Counted from the first letter of the stretch, positions 9,930-21,622 are shown. The stretch: DNA of 60,413 nt from Candidatus Tenderia sp. (GCA_031416075.1 JANOSY010000008.1:1-60413); one strand, 5' to 3'. A program made the numbers and translations. The notes: generated by a model not told the origin, from the letters alone.

Positions 9930-10382
9930 TTAACCTAAATTGATCTGGGAAAACCGCTCACCCAACCGTAAACGCCGATAGTCCGCCACTATCCTGGCGT
10001 GATCAAATACCAACGGCTGGGGCAGCTCATCCAATTGACATATTACCAAATCTTTAGCGTCATCCTGCGCCCGTGGCTCGCCCGTGGCTTGGGCCACATA
10101 GACAATACTGATAGTATGGCCGCGGACATCACGCTCGGGGCTGGAATAGCAGCCAAGCAGGGCCGTAAGCGTAACAGTTAGCCCGGTCTCCTCCTGCGCT
10201 TCACGGATTGCGGCGGCCTCCACGGTTTCACCAACATCAACAAAACCACCAGGGATTGCCCAGCCATACGGCGGATTTAACCGCTCAATCAGGACAATGG
10301 GGTGATCAGGGCGATCAATCAACTCAATAATAATGTCCGCCGCCACGGCGGGGGTTACCGGCTTAGATTCAGATCTAGGCAC
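9930..10382 (-). CDS. NUDIX hydrolase
   Basis: Nudix box GGFVDVGETVEAAAIREAQEETGL; C-terminal FDH. Confidence 0.92.
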   Translation of the reverse strand: MPRSESKPVTPAVAADIIIELIDRPDHPIVLIERLNPPYGWAIPGGFVDVGETVEAAAIREAQEETGLTVTLTALLGCYSSPERDVRGHTISIVYVAQATGEPRAQDDAKDLVICQLDELPQPLVFDHARIVADYRRLRLGERFSQINLG

Positions 10383-10385
10383 ACC

Positions 10386-10784
10386 CTACTCCCGATCACG
10401 AATAAAACGGATGATATCGCGCCGCTCATGTTTGTTGGGACGATGCTCCGGCGCAGATCGGCCTGCGGACTGTAAACGGCGCTGTTCAGCAATCTTTTGG
10501 CGCGCCACCCGGCTCACCTCAGTTTCTGCATAGAGTGTTTGGGCGACAGATGCCGGGCCGCGTTTGTCAGAAAGCACCGCCACCACGACCACCATCTCAT
10601 CCTGGTCACGCTGGATTCGCAACTCATCGCCCACAGCAACCCCGCGCGACGGCTTGATACGACTACCGTTGAGGTGAATATGGCCACCATTAATAGCACT
10701 GCTAGCCAGGCCACGGGTTTTAAAAAAACGCGCCGCCCAGAGCCATTTGTCTATACGTACCTTATCGTCATCCACCGTTGTCAT
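10386..10784 (-). CDS. hslR: Ribosome-associated heat shock protein Hsp15 (S4 domain)
   Basis: VRIDKWLWAARFFKTR...KRGPASVAQTLYAET...RPNKHERR; start at ATG 10784. Confidence 0.92.
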   Translation of the reverse strand: MTTVDDDKVRIDKWLWAARFFKTRGLASSAINGGHIHLNGSRIKPSRGVAVGDELRIQRDQDEMVVVVAVLSDKRGPASVAQTLYAETEVSRVARQKIAEQRRLQSAGRSAPEHRPNKHERRDIIRFIRDRE

Positions 10785-10802
10785 AAGGGGAGAATTTAAC
10801 AC

Positions 10803-10838
10803 AAAAACAGAGGGCCGATGTTTGCACACCGGCCCTTC
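10803..10838 (-). terminator. Rho-independent terminator/attenuator after htpG
   Basis: AGGGCCG/CGGCCCT stem followed by CTGTTTTTGT on the minus strand. Confidence 0.55.
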
Positions 10839-10866
10839 ACACAGCAAAACAGTGGTGGTTGCTTAC

Positions 10867-12756
10867 TTATTTAGCCGCCACCGACAGTAGCAGATCATTC
10901 AAGCGTGAAACAAAGCTGGCCGGATCTTCCAGCTGGCCACCCTCGCTCAGCAGCGCCTGATCAAACAGCACATGGCTCCAGTCGCCAAAGCGCGCCTCAT
11001 CACCCTCGCTCTGCAACCGTACCACTAACGGATGATCGGTATTAATCTCCAGAATCGGTTCCACATTTGGCACGGCATGGCCCGCCTGTTTGAGGATCTT
11101 TTGCAGACTCACCGCCATATCCTGCTCTTCAACTACCAGGCATGAAGGTGACTTGGTAAGACGGTGACTGACACGCACCTCTTTCACCTTGCCGCCCAGC
11201 GCCTTCTGCATCCGCTCGACCAGATCCTTGTACTGGTCCGCCGCCTTTTTGACCTCCTCCTGCTCTGTTTCATCTTCGAGCTTACCGAGGTCGAGATCAC
11301 CCTTGGCGACCGACTGAAACTGCTTGCCATCGTATTCGCTGAGGTAGGACATCATCCATTCATCGACACGGTCGCTCATCAGCAGCACTTCGATGCCCTT
11401 CTTCTCAAACACTTCGAGATGCGGGCTGTTCTTGGCGGCAGCAAAGCTGTCGGCGGTGATGTAATAGAGCTTCTCTTGCCCCTCTTTCATGCGGCTGACG
11501 TATGCATCCAGCGAAACGCTCTGCTCACCACTCTTATCGTAGGTGGAGCTGAAGCGCAGCAGCTTGGCGATGCGCTCCTTGTTGGCGCTATCTTCAGCTG
11601 GCCCCTCCTTCATCACCTTGCCAAACTCACTCCAGAAAGTTTTGTACTTATCGGCATCATTCTTGGAGAGATTTTCCAGCAGGCCAAGTACACGCTTGAT
11701 AGAGGCGGCACGGATGGTGTCGATCTGTTTATTACGCTGCAGAATCTCGCGTGAGACGTTGAGTGGCAGGTCATCGGTATCGACAATGCCGCGCACAAAA
11801 CGCAGATAGGTCGGCATCAGCTGCTCGGCGTCATCCATAATAAAGACACGGCGCACGTAGAGTTTCACGCCATGGGCGCGGTCACGCTCCCACAGGTCGA
11901 ATGGGGCGCGTTTAGGAACATAGAAGAGTGTAGTGTAGTTGGTATTGCCCTCAACCTTGTTGTGGCTATAGGCCAGTGGGTCTTCGTAGTCGTGGCCAAC
12001 GTGTTTATAAAACTCGTTGTACTCCGCTTCAGTGATCTCATTTTTGGAGCGGGCCCAGAGTGCCGAGGCGCTATTCACCACCTCGTATTCATCTTTTTTA
12101 TCTTCAGCCAGCGCCTTCATCTGGATCGGCAGATTGATGTGATCAGAATATTTCTTAATAAGGGTACGCAGACGGTAAGGCTCAAGGAACTCATCTTCAC
12201 CCTCACGCAGATGCAGCACGATCTCGGTGCCACGGTCCGTCTTCGCAGCAGTCTCGATGGTGTATTCACCCTCTCCTGCCGACTCCCAGCGCACCCCGTG
12301 TCCAGTGCCGACACCGGCGCGGCGCGTGGTCAGAGTCACTTTATCCGCAATGATAAAGGCGGAGTAGAAACCGACACCAAACTGGCCGATCAGCTGTGAA
12401 TCCTTGGCCTGATCACCGCTCAATTTATCGAAGAAGGAACGGGTGCCGGACTTGGCGATAGTACCGATGTTATCCATCACCTCTTCACGGTTCATGCCGA
12501 TGCCGTTGTCGCGAAGGGTGATGGTGCGTTTCTCTTTATCCACGTCGATGCGGATCTTCAGCTCGCCATCATCTTCAAACAGGGCGTTGTCGGTCAGCGC
12601 CTCAAAACGCAGTTTGTCGCAGGCATCGGAGCCGTTGGAGATCAGCTCGCGCATAAAAATCTCTTTATTGGAGTAGAGCGAATGGATCATCAACTTGAGC
12701 AGCTGGCGCACTTCGGTCTGGAAACCAAGCGTCTCTTTATGGGCTTCTACGGACAT
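10867..12756 (-). CDS. htpG: Molecular chaperone HtpG (Hsp90)
   Basis: [39 protein letters not shown]. Confidence 0.98.
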   Translation of the reverse strand: MSVEAHKETLGFQTEVRQLLKLMIHSLYSNKEIFMRELISNGSDACDKLRFEALTDNALFEDDGELKIRIDVDKEKRTITLRDNGIGMNREEVMDNIGTIAKSGTRSFFDKLSGDQAKDSQLIGQFGVGFYSAFIIADKVTLTTRRAGVGTGHGVRWESAGEGEYTIETAAKTDRGTEIVLHLREGEDEFLEPYRLRTLIKKYSDHINLPIQMKALAEDKKDEYEVVNSASALWARSKNEITEAEYNEFYKHVGHDYEDPLAYSHNKVEGNTNYTTLFYVPKRAPFDLWERDRAHGVKLYVRRVFIMDDAEQLMPTYLRFVRGIVDTDDLPLNVSREILQRNKQIDTIRAASIKRVLGLLENLSKNDADKYKTFWSEFGKVMKEGPAEDSANKERIAKLLRFSSTYDKSGEQSVSLDAYVSRMKEGQEKLYYITADSFAAAKNSPHLEVFEKKGIEVLLMSDRVDEWMMSYLSEYDGKQFQSVAKGDLDLGKLEDETEQEEVKKAADQYKDLVERMQKALGGKVKEVRVSHRLTKSPSCLVVEEQDMAVSLQKILKQAGHAVPNVEPILEINTDHPLVVRLQSEGDEARFGDWSHVLFDQALLSEGGQLEDPASFVSRLNDLLLSVAAK

Positions 12757-12796
12757 TACTTTATTCTCCCTTTGTGGTCGTTGCGGTATGCGTGGA

Positions 12797-12825
12797 ATAA
12801 TGGGGATTAATATTTTGATTTCAAG
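12797..12825 (-). promoter_or_regulatory. Sigma32 (RpoH) promoter of htpG
   Basis: Minus strand CTTGAAA-N13-CCCCATTAT, matching the RpoH consensus, 40 nt upstream of htpG. Confidence 0.85.
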
Positions 12826-12831
12826 CCGTAG

Positions 12832-14487
<1,656 letters not shown>

Positions 14488-14500
14488 ACTCACTAACCAA

Positions 14501-14528
14501 TGTCCCCTCTCACTACAGGGAGGGGACA
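14501..14528 (+). terminator. Hairpin after pgm
   Basis: TGTCCCCTC/GAGGGGACA perfect 9-bp stem. Confidence 0.55.
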
Positions 14529-14643
14529 GATTAAATATTAAAAACATACCCCAATCGAAACAGGGAATGTTATCGAATGGCGCACTATAAACGATGCACC
14601 CCGTTTTAGATGGTTTTTCGCCTTAAGTAGGGGGAGCGAGCCG

Positions 14644-15093
14644 CTAACAAACCACTCCACCTCCTGAAACAATTTGGCGCAAACAGTTAGCGATAGGCTG
14701 ATTTTCGTGCTGGCGAGACACCTCATCAAGTGCCGAATTCAAGTAGTTGTCATACCCCTTGCTCACCTCATCCTGAATCTGTCGACCACGCTTGGTAATA
14801 ACGGCATAAACACCGCGTTTATCGTTGGGACAGACATCTCGGATCGTATAATCATTACGCTCCATTCGTTCAACCAACCGTGTCACGGAACTTTGATTCA
14901 AGCCGAGTTGACTGGCCAACTCCTGCATACGCAGTTCCGAGTTTGGTGCCTCCGCAAGTAACTGCAGCGCCCGATACTCGGACACACCTATTCCATGTAT
15001 CCGATACAGATCCTTCGCTACCTGGTTCTCCACCGATTCAAAGATATTTCTCATCTGCTTCCACGCTGACTGGAGGTTCATAGCTGTTCTCAC
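14644..15093 (-). CDS. MarR-family transcriptional regulator
   Basis: LRMQELASQLGLNQSSVTRLVERME...CPNDKRGVYAVITKRG winged helix; divergent from the biosynthetic operon. Confidence 0.92.
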   Translation of the reverse strand: MRTAMNLQSAWKQMRNIFESVENQVAKDLYRIHGIGVSEYRALQLLAEAPNSELRMQELASQLGLNQSSVTRLVERMERNDYTIRDVCPNDKRGVYAVITKRGRQIQDEVSKGYDNYLNSALDEVSRQHENQPIANCLRQIVSGGGVVC

Positions 15094-15131
15094 ATAATTG
15101 GGAGTGTTATCACTACCCTAGTCTATATTAG

Positions 15132-15149
15132 TACTTGCACATACATATA
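15132..15149. promoter_or_regulatory. Putative MarR operator next to marR
   Basis: TACTTGCACATACATATA matches the operator copy at 15417-15434 at 15/18 positions. Confidence 0.6.
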
Positions 15150-15362
15150 TGTGCCAGATATTAGATCTTAATGCCATAAAAAAATCACGGATTACGTAGA
15201 GGTCCGCGATAAATACATTAAAAATGTGACTTCACTAGCCTCCTTCGATCAGCACATCCGCTCTTGTCTGGATCGAAAATTATTCTATTTTTTATGGGAT
15301 TAACTCCGTATCAACGCCCGCTGTAACCATTTGGCAAGGAAGCTGACACAAATAATTCATAG

Positions 15363-15434
15363 TACATGTATGCGCAAGCATGTTGACGGGATGCAATATA
15401 CTGACTAGAGTTATATTGCTTGCGCATACATGTA
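15363..15434 (+). promoter_or_regulatory. Sigma70 promoter bracketed by a perfect 18-bp inverted operator pair
   Basis: TACATGTATGCGCAAGCA (15363-15380) and its exact reverse complement (15417-15434) flank TTGACG-N17-TAGAGT (15383-15411). Confidence 0.75.
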
Positions 15435-15465
15435 AATTGCTATCAGTCTTCTAATGGGGAACTTT

Positions 15466-16971
15466 ATGAAATTGCCATTACTGCTCAACTCACTTAGCAA
15501 CAGTGCAGCCCATTTTCCCGACAACGTGGCTATCGTCACTGACACTACCGCCTGGAACTACAAGCAGCTTTGGTCTCGAATAGCCCGATTTGAATCGGCA
15601 CTTACAGAGATTGCACTGCCCGCTCATGTGGCCGTAGCGGTCACTGCCCACAAGACAGTTGATACCCTGGCACTGATGCTTGCCTTGGGTAAGCAAGGCC
15701 ATACGCCACTCGCGGTCTCCCCCACCCTAGGCTCGATGGTCAAACCGATGATGTACAACACAGCCAGAGTATATTGCGAACTGGCAGCCGCAAATATCTC
15801 TGGCTGGCCAGTGGTTAACCTGGTGGCCCCCGACAAACGGCAAGCCAATGCTATACCTGACGCCGATCCAGCCAACACTTACCCACTCATGCTGACCACT
15901 TCGGGTTCGACCGGCATTCCCAAGGTGGTCAAGCTTCGCGCCGAAGGGGTCAGCGCTTTCTTTAACTGGGGGGCAGGGTATTTCCAGCTGACACGGGGCA
16001 GCCGCGTCCTTAGCTATGCCCCACTGAACTTCGATCTAAGCCTGCTCGAGATCTGGACGCCGTTAGCAAAAGGGGCCACGGTCATTCTGGCCGATACCGC
16101 TCGCGTCACACAGACCGACTACCTGCAGGCACTGATACGCCATAGTCGGCCAGACCTCATCCAAGCCGTTCCGATGTTCTACTCCCTACTCTGTCCAGAC
16201 TCAAACAGCTACAACGGGGTCATGGACGAGGTTCGCCACGTGGTATTCACCGGAGATACTACGCCCCAAAAGTTACGCGAACGGGTAGCAACTAGGTTTC
16301 CTCAGGCTACTTTTCACAACGTCTATGGCTGCACTGAAACCAACAACAGCTTTGTGTATTCGGCAGATGCCCAAACAATCGTTCGGCACGAGCGGCTGCC
16401 ATTAGGACGACCGATCAATGGGGCCTCCTACCGCATCATGACCGATGACGGTGTGGAACTAGATGGTGCTGGCGAAGGTGAGTTACATACGTCGACGCCA
16501 TTTCTTGCCCACGGCTACACAGATCCTAAACTGACAGCCAACGTGTTCTACACCGAGTATGGCAGTCATAGCCCCTATTATCGAACGGGCGACCGAGTCG
16601 TGCGTGATGAGCTTGGCCAACTGACCCTGGTTGGTCGCAACGATTTTATTGTCAAAGTTCGCGGCGTGCGCACCAACACTTTGGAGATCGAACAGATTCT
16701 GGCGAAGATGCCTACCGTCAAAAACGCTGTGGTGGTTCCTGTGAATGACGAGACGTGCGGTGCCGTCTTGCACGCCGTGGTTGAGCCAATGCAGGACCAA
16801 ATACCCGACGGCCTGACCATGCGCATGTTCTGCGCTCAACATCTGCCTCAGACCACCATTCCCCGACACTTTCATCTACATAAAAATCCATTGCCCACGA
16901 CCTCGACCGGTAAAACGGATCGAAACTCCATCGCCTTATTCATCCAACCACAAAGGAATGAACCAGCATGA
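15466..16971 (+). CDS. Stand-alone amino-acid adenylation enzyme (PltF/RedM-like AMP-binding protein)
   Basis: TTSGSTGIPK (A3), APLNFDLS (A4), NVYGCTETN (A5), YRTGD (A7), GRNDFIVKVRG (A8), LPTTSTGKTDR (A10). Alternative start 15454. Confidence 0.88.
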   Translation: MKLPLLLNSLSNSAAHFPDNVAIVTDTTAWNYKQLWSRIARFESALTEIALPAHVAVAVTAHKTVDTLALMLALGKQGHTPLAVSPTLGSMVKPMMYNTARVYCELAAANISGWPVVNLVAPDKRQANAIPDADPANTYPLMLTTSGSTGIPKVVKLRAEGVSAFFNWGAGYFQLTRGSRVLSYAPLNFDLSLLEIWTPLAKGATVILADTARVTQTDYLQALIRHSRPDLIQAVPMFYSLLCPDSNSYNGVMDEVRHVVFTGDTTPQKLRERVATRFPQATFHNVYGCTETNNSFVYSADAQTIVRHERLPLGRPINGASYRIMTDDGVELDGAGEGELHTSTPFLAHGYTDPKLTANVFYTEYGSHSPYYRTGDRVVRDELGQLTLVGRNDFIVKVRGVRTNTLEIEQILAKMPTVKNAVVVPVNDETCGAVLHAVVEPMQDQIPDGLTMRMFCAQHLPQTTIPRHFHLHKNPLPTTSTGKTDRNSIALFIQPQRNEPA

Positions 16972-17270
16972 ATAATGAACAGCGCATCAAGACTTACATC
17001 TGCGAAAAACTGGCACCGGATATCGATCCGATAACGTTGCCAACCGATATCGATCTGCTATCCAGTGGCGTCATCGATAGCCTCTCTCTGGTACGTCTTG
17101 TTGTCTGGATTGAGGAGGAGTAGGACATTCTGATGGGCGATATAGACATTGCACCGGAGGATTTCAGTACGGTCGAGATGATCAACGTTTTTATTAAACG
17201 CCACAGAATCTCCGGCGTCGCCAAAACCAGGTACGTCAACAACGAAGTTGAGTTTCTTTTACAACCTTAA
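16968..17270 (+). pseudogene. Acyl/peptidyl carrier protein interrupted by an in-frame TAG at 17121-17123
   Basis: Manual translation: MNNEQRIKTYICEKL...DLLSSGVIDSLSLVRLVVWIEEE*DILMGDIDIAPEDFSTVEMINVFI. Contains the GxxDSL Ppant motif; carrier-protein similarity continues past the stop; ATGA overlap with the adenylation gene. Confidence 0.85.
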
Positions 17271-17290
17271 ACCCATAAAGGAAAACCACC

Positions 17291-17668
17291 GTGTTCATAC
17301 GTAAACGTAACGAAATAGAAGGTATTCAATGGGGCAACGGCACCAGCCATAGAATGCTAACCGAAAAAGATGGCATGGGCTTCACGGTCGCGCATACCGT
17401 GGTTAATGCCGGCTCAGAGTCACGCCTGCAGTATCGACGTCATCTTGAGGCCTGCTACTGTATCTCCGGACGTGGCAACGTGATCTCGGCCGACGGCAGC
17501 GAACATCACGTTATCGAGCCGGGCTACATCTATGTTTTGGACAAACACTACCCCCACATATTACAGGCTGATGCTGATCAGGACTTGCACCTGATCAGCG
17601 TTTTCAATCCGCCGCTGACGGAGGAAGAAAATCATCAGCTAAGCGCGGATGGTTTTTCCCAATACTGA
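17291..17668 (+). CDS. ectC: Ectoine synthase-like cupin (orphan EctC family)
   Basis: W.NGTSHRMLTEKDGMGFT..HT....G....LQY..HLEACYCISG.G and Y.LDKH..H.L......HLISVFNPPL EctC signatures; no ectA/ectB in the window. Confidence 0.85.
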   Translation: MFIRKRNEIEGIQWGNGTSHRMLTEKDGMGFTVAHTVVNAGSESRLQYRRHLEACYCISGRGNVISADGSEHHVIEPGYIYVLDKHYPHILQADADQDLHLISVFNPPLTEEENHQLSADGFSQY

Positions 17669-17708
17669 GTTAAGCATACTACCCAGCCACCATTTATAAG
17701 GACGAATT

Positions 17709-19559
17709 ATGTATCACCATGATAAACAGATCGCCCAACAAGTCCGTGCTTCGATCGACTCCATTGCACACACCTTGGAGACCAAGAATTTTGCCGAGAA
17801 CAATTTCCCGCGTGAGAAGTGGCAGGAGGTATCCAGCACGGGGGGCTTCCGACGTGCCTGTAATGCCGCGTCCAAACGTGACGCAATCCTGTCAACCATG
17901 ATCGCGCTAGAACGGCTCGGCGAAATCTGCAAAGATTCTGGACTAACATTCTCTGTCGCCACTCACCTGGCCAGCACGATTACTGCCCTCGACAAATTCG
18001 GCAGTCCTGAGATCAAGTCACGATATATGGATGAATTGGTCTCTGGCAAGCTGATCGGTGCCCATGCCATCAGTGAACCCAATGCTGGGTCAGACGTCCT
18101 GAGCATGACCACCACCGCTCACGAAGAGGGTGACGACTTTGTCATCAATGGCCACAAGGCCTTCGTTACTAACGGCTCAGTGGCAGATGTGATAGTCGTC
18201 TATGCCAAGACCAATGAGGCAGCAACCGCCAACTGTGTTTCCGCCTTTCTGGTAGAAACTCGCACGCCAGGTGTGCATCTCGGCCCCACCATAGAGAAGA
18301 TCGGCTTGAGTACATCACCACTATGCGAGCTAACGCTCAAAAATTGCCGAGTACCGAAAAAAAATATGATTGGCCGACACGGTGCCGGATTTTTCGTTCT
18401 TAGCTACGTGATGCAGCGGGAAATTCTATACTCGTTCATCATCGGCGTCGGCGAGATGCATCAGCGCCTTACACGCTGCGTGAGTTACGCCAACACCCGA
18501 CACAAATTCGGATCGCCTATTGGCTCCTTCCAGTCGATTGCCAACAAGATCGCCGAAATGAAGATTAAATACGAATTGAGCCGACGGTGGCTATATCACG
18601 TTGCCGAACTCATGATCGCCAATAAAGACGTAACCAGCGAAGTTGCCATTGCCAAGGTATTTGTCAGCGAAAATGCCCTGGCCACCGCCATTGATGCACT
18701 GCATATTCATGGCGGGTACGGTTATGTCGCCTCGAATGGTTTAGGCACCGAGGTCTGCAACGCGCTAGCAGGCCCCATCTATTCGGGGACCAACGACATC
18801 CAACGCGGTCGAATTGCGGCCCTGCTGGGCATCAACCAGAATAAAACGAATCCAACCGCCAACAATACAAATCACAAAATTGTTCGCTCTGAGGTGCGCA
18901 CCTTTCGCAAGATGGATGTCGAGCCGACCCACAGCGAACTGTTTGACTTCATGCATGACGATGTGCAGAGCTTCGTCAACACCGCCCTGGCTGGTAAAAC
19001 GCTGGACGAGCGCGGGATAGCAGTGAAGCTCTACTACGCCGTGCGCGACAGTATCGCTTACGAAGTGTTTGATACTGACATTAGCGAGAAGGGGTTACGT
19101 GCAAGCCAGATCGTCAAGGAGCGCCGGGGATTCTGCCTCCACAAGGCCCTACTCTATGCTGCTGCCTGCCGATCACAAGGCCTAGCCTGCCGCGTGGTCG
19201 CCAGCCGTGTGACCAATCACATTGCCACTCAGGAATTACGGAGTTTAGTCGGCGGTGACATGTTCCTGCACTGGTACAACGAGGTAAATGTAGGCGACAC
19301 TTGGCTACAGGTCTCACCGGTGTTCAATAAGCTACTGTGCAAACTGTACGGCATTGAACCGCTGGAGTTTGATGGTTACAACAGCGCTATTCATCAACTA
19401 TTCAACGGGGAGTTATCAATGAACTACCTCGACGATCCAATAGTATTCACCGACCCCAACTACCATGAGCTGATCGAACTAATGAACACCCATCACCCAA
19501 AGATGATCATGCCGGGAGGCCGAATCCCACAAGCCAACGCCTTCAGAGCAACACTGTAA
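17709..19559 (+). CDS. Acyl-CoA/prolyl-carrier dehydrogenase-like domain fused to a transglutaminase-like domain
   Basis: N-terminal part: AISEPNAGSD, NGHKAFVTNG, FGSPIGSFQSI, IHGGYGY, IYSGTNDIQR. C-terminal ~220 aa: LYYAVRDSI.Y, GFCLHKALLYAAACR.QG, HWYNEV...W. Confidence 0.85.
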   Translation: MYHHDKQIAQQVRASIDSIAHTLETKNFAENNFPREKWQEVSSTGGFRRACNAASKRDAILSTMIALERLGEICKDSGLTFSVATHLASTITALDKFGSPEIKSRYMDELVSGKLIGAHAISEPNAGSDVLSMTTTAHEEGDDFVINGHKAFVTNGSVADVIVVYAKTNEAATANCVSAFLVETRTPGVHLGPTIEKIGLSTSPLCELTLKNCRVPKKNMIGRHGAGFFVLSYVMQREILYSFIIGVGEMHQRLTRCVSYANTRHKFGSPIGSFQSIANKIAEMKIKYELSRRWLYHVAELMIANKDVTSEVAIAKVFVSENALATAIDALHIHGGYGYVASNGLGTEVCNALAGPIYSGTNDIQRGRIAALLGINQNKTNPTANNTNHKIVRSEVRTFRKMDVEPTHSELFDFMHDDVQSFVNTALAGKTLDERGIAVKLYYAVRDSIAYEVFDTDISEKGLRASQIVKERRGFCLHKALLYAAACRSQGLACRVVASRVTNHIATQELRSLVGGDMFLHWYNEVNVGDTWLQVSPVFNKLLCKLYGIEPLEFDGYNSAIHQLFNGELSMNYLDDPIVFTDPNYHELIELMNTHHPKMIMPGGRIPQANAFRATL

Positions 19560-19594
19560 TTTCAAATTAATACGCGCCACTAGAGGTGAGTACA

Positions 19595-20200
19595 ATGACC
19601 AAAAAAATTACCATCTACACAGATTACGTCTGCCCCTATTGCCTGTTGGCAGAACAGATCATCGAAAATGTAACCCAGGGGCAAGACATCGAAATCCACT
19701 GGCAACCTTTTGAACTGCGGCCTGAGCCAGTGCCAACCCTGCGAGTCGAAGACCCTTATCTGCCACGTGTTTGGAAACAGTCGGTCTATCCGATGGCCGC
19801 GCGTCTGGGTGTGCCGATCAAATTGCCGGCCATCTCGCCACAACCGCGCACCGGCAAAGCCTTCGAAGTCTTCGCGATGGCGGATGAGCAAGGGCTGGGA
19901 CATCCGTTTTCGATGCGCGCCATGAGGGCCTTTTTCCAGGAGGAGAAGGATCTTGGCAACACAGAAGTTCTGGCCGACCTGGGGGCCGACGTGGGACTCG
20001 AACGCGAGGCTGTGCTGAACGCCCTGGCCAACAGTACTTACAGGGAGCGCCATCAAGAGGCGCTACGTCATGCCCACGAAGAGATGGGGATCACGTCTGT
20101 TCCCACCATCATTGTGGGCGATCAACTCTTCCGTGGAGTGCCATCGTACGATGCACTGCGAAGGGCAATCGACCACGCTGTGAGCGATACCGCTCTGTAA
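19595..20200 (+). CDS. DsbA/FrnE-family thiol oxidoreductase
   Basis: DYVCPYC, WQPFELRP, GITSVPT. Confidence 0.88.
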   Translation: MTKKITIYTDYVCPYCLLAEQIIENVTQGQDIEIHWQPFELRPEPVPTLRVEDPYLPRVWKQSVYPMAARLGVPIKLPAISPQPRTGKAFEVFAMADEQGLGHPFSMRAMRAFFQEEKDLGNTEVLADLGADVGLEREAVLNALANSTYRERHQEALRHAHEEMGITSVPTIIVGDQLFRGVPSYDALRRAIDHAVSDTAL

Positions 20201-20237
20201 GACTGCTCATTTAAACAACACTTAAGGAGAAAGAGAA

Positions 20238-20561
20238 ATGGAAAGCTGGCTATATCTTGGAATCGCTGTAATTTTTGAAATTGCAGTGGCAATCTCTGCC
20301 GGAAACGCGAAGGGATTTACTCATCTTTGGTGGACCATCGCTACCCTCGTCAGTGGTGCAATCGCTACTTATTTTCTTAGTCTCGCGCTTCTCGTTTTCG
20401 ACGTTGGCATTGGCTACTCAATCTGGACATCCGTTGCAGGCGTCGGGATTGTCATCTTGGGGGCGATGTTCTTCGGAGAACGACTGACCATGAAAAAGAC
20501 CTACGGAATTATTCTCGTCATCGGAGGCGTCATTGGCCTACGTCTCAGTGGAGCGGCATGA
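20238..20561 (+). CDS. SMR/DMT small multidrug exporter subunit
   Basis: 107 aa, four hydrophobic helices, W.YL.IA..FEI with membrane Glu, GIGYSIW. Confidence 0.88.
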   Translation: MESWLYLGIAVIFEIAVAISAGNAKGFTHLWWTIATLVSGAIATYFLSLALLVFDVGIGYSIWTSVAGVGIVILGAMFFGERLTMKKTYGIILVIGGVIGLRLSGAA

Positions 20562-20625
20562 AAGACTGCTAAAACACCCATCATATTCACCGTGTAATCA
20601 GTGTCCAACCTAACAGGAGATAGTT

Positions 20626-21000
20626 ATGACAACAGTAGCGGAAAAACAGACCAGCAATGAGCAAGCGTGGACCATGTTACTGCTCGCCGGGGGCTTTGAA
20701 ATCGTTTACGCACTCAGCGTAGCAGGCAGCGAAGCATTTACCGTGATGAGTTGGTCGATCTCTGCCGTGATTTTTTTCCTGCTCACCCTATTTGCACTGA
20801 GCGTTGCCCTGCGAACGATCGATGTCGGGATTGGGTACGCAGTCTGGGCGGGGATTGGTTCGATAGGTTCGGTGGTTTTTGGCAGCATACTGCTTGATCA
20901 ATCGCTCACATCAGTTCAAACGGTCTGGTTAGCAGTCATCATCATCGGTGTCATTTGGTTGAAGCTCGCCAGCAGCGACAAACTCCAAACCGATAGCTAA
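20626..21000 (+). CDS. SMR/DMT small multidrug exporter subunit (paired)
   Basis: W..LLLAGGFEI, IDVGIGYAVWAGIG. Confidence 0.88.
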   Translation: MTTVAEKQTSNEQAWTMLLLAGGFEIVYALSVAGSEAFTVMSWSISAVIFFLLTLFALSVALRTIDVGIGYAVWAGIGSIGSVVFGSILLDQSLTSVQTVWLAVIIIGVIWLKLASSDKLQTDS

Positions 21001-21139
21001 AACCTTGCTCTTCAACAAACCTATATCAACGCGAGAAAAAATACCTGACTACAGAAGCAACGCTTAATTTTTTCGCCTACACAAATCGCCCGTTTCTCAC
21101 GCTCTTGTGTAGGGTGATACAACCAGCCAGGAGACACCC

Positions 21140-21622
21140 ATGTCTAATACCTTTCCTGCCCACATCAACCAGATCATGGAGGAGGTAGTCGCCTACTCTA
21201 TAGAACATGTTCATGATGGTGGAGTCCCCTTCACCGCCTTTGTCGTAAGTGCCACAGGTATGATCCTGGGGCGCGGAGTCAACCGCGTTCTGGAACATCA
21301 TGATCCAACTGCACATGCAGAGGTCGAGGCGATCAGAGATGCCTGCCGTAGCGTCGGGACACACAGTTTGCCAGGGACAACACTCCTGGCGTCAGGCGAA
21401 CCCTGCGCTATGTGCTATTTGAATACCCTATACGCTGGCATCAACGAGGTGGTCTATGCGGTCGACCGGGACGACGCCGCCAAAGCAGGCTTCGATTACC
21501 GTGGATCGTATCGAATGCTGGCGCACTTCCCTGACCAGTGGCCAATGAACGTACACAAGTACGCTACTAGCCAAGCACTCGAACCTTTCAATCTCTGGAG
21601 AAAAAAAAGGAGTTTCCAATGA
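21140..21622 (+). CDS. Zn-dependent nucleoside/guanine deaminase (CDA fold)
   Basis: DPTAHAEVEAIR and EPCAMC zinc motifs. Confidence 0.9.
   Translation: MSNTFPAHINQIMEEVVAYSIEHVHDGGVPFTAFVVSATGMILGRGVNRVLEHHDPTAHAEVEAIRDACRSVGTHSLPGTTLLASGEPCAMCYLNTLYAGINEVVYAVDRDDAAKAGFDYRGSYRMLAHFPDQWPMNVHKYATSQALEPFNLWRKKRSFQ

Noticed and set aside
17121-17123. Pyrrolysine recoding of the carrier-protein TAG
   Set aside because: No pyl genes in the window, unlikely lineage, and other genes here use TAG as a normal stop. Nonsense mutation or sequence error is simpler.
20200-20238. Guanidine riboswitch ahead of the SMR genes
   Set aside because: The gap is only 37 nt and has no recognisable riboswitch hairpins.
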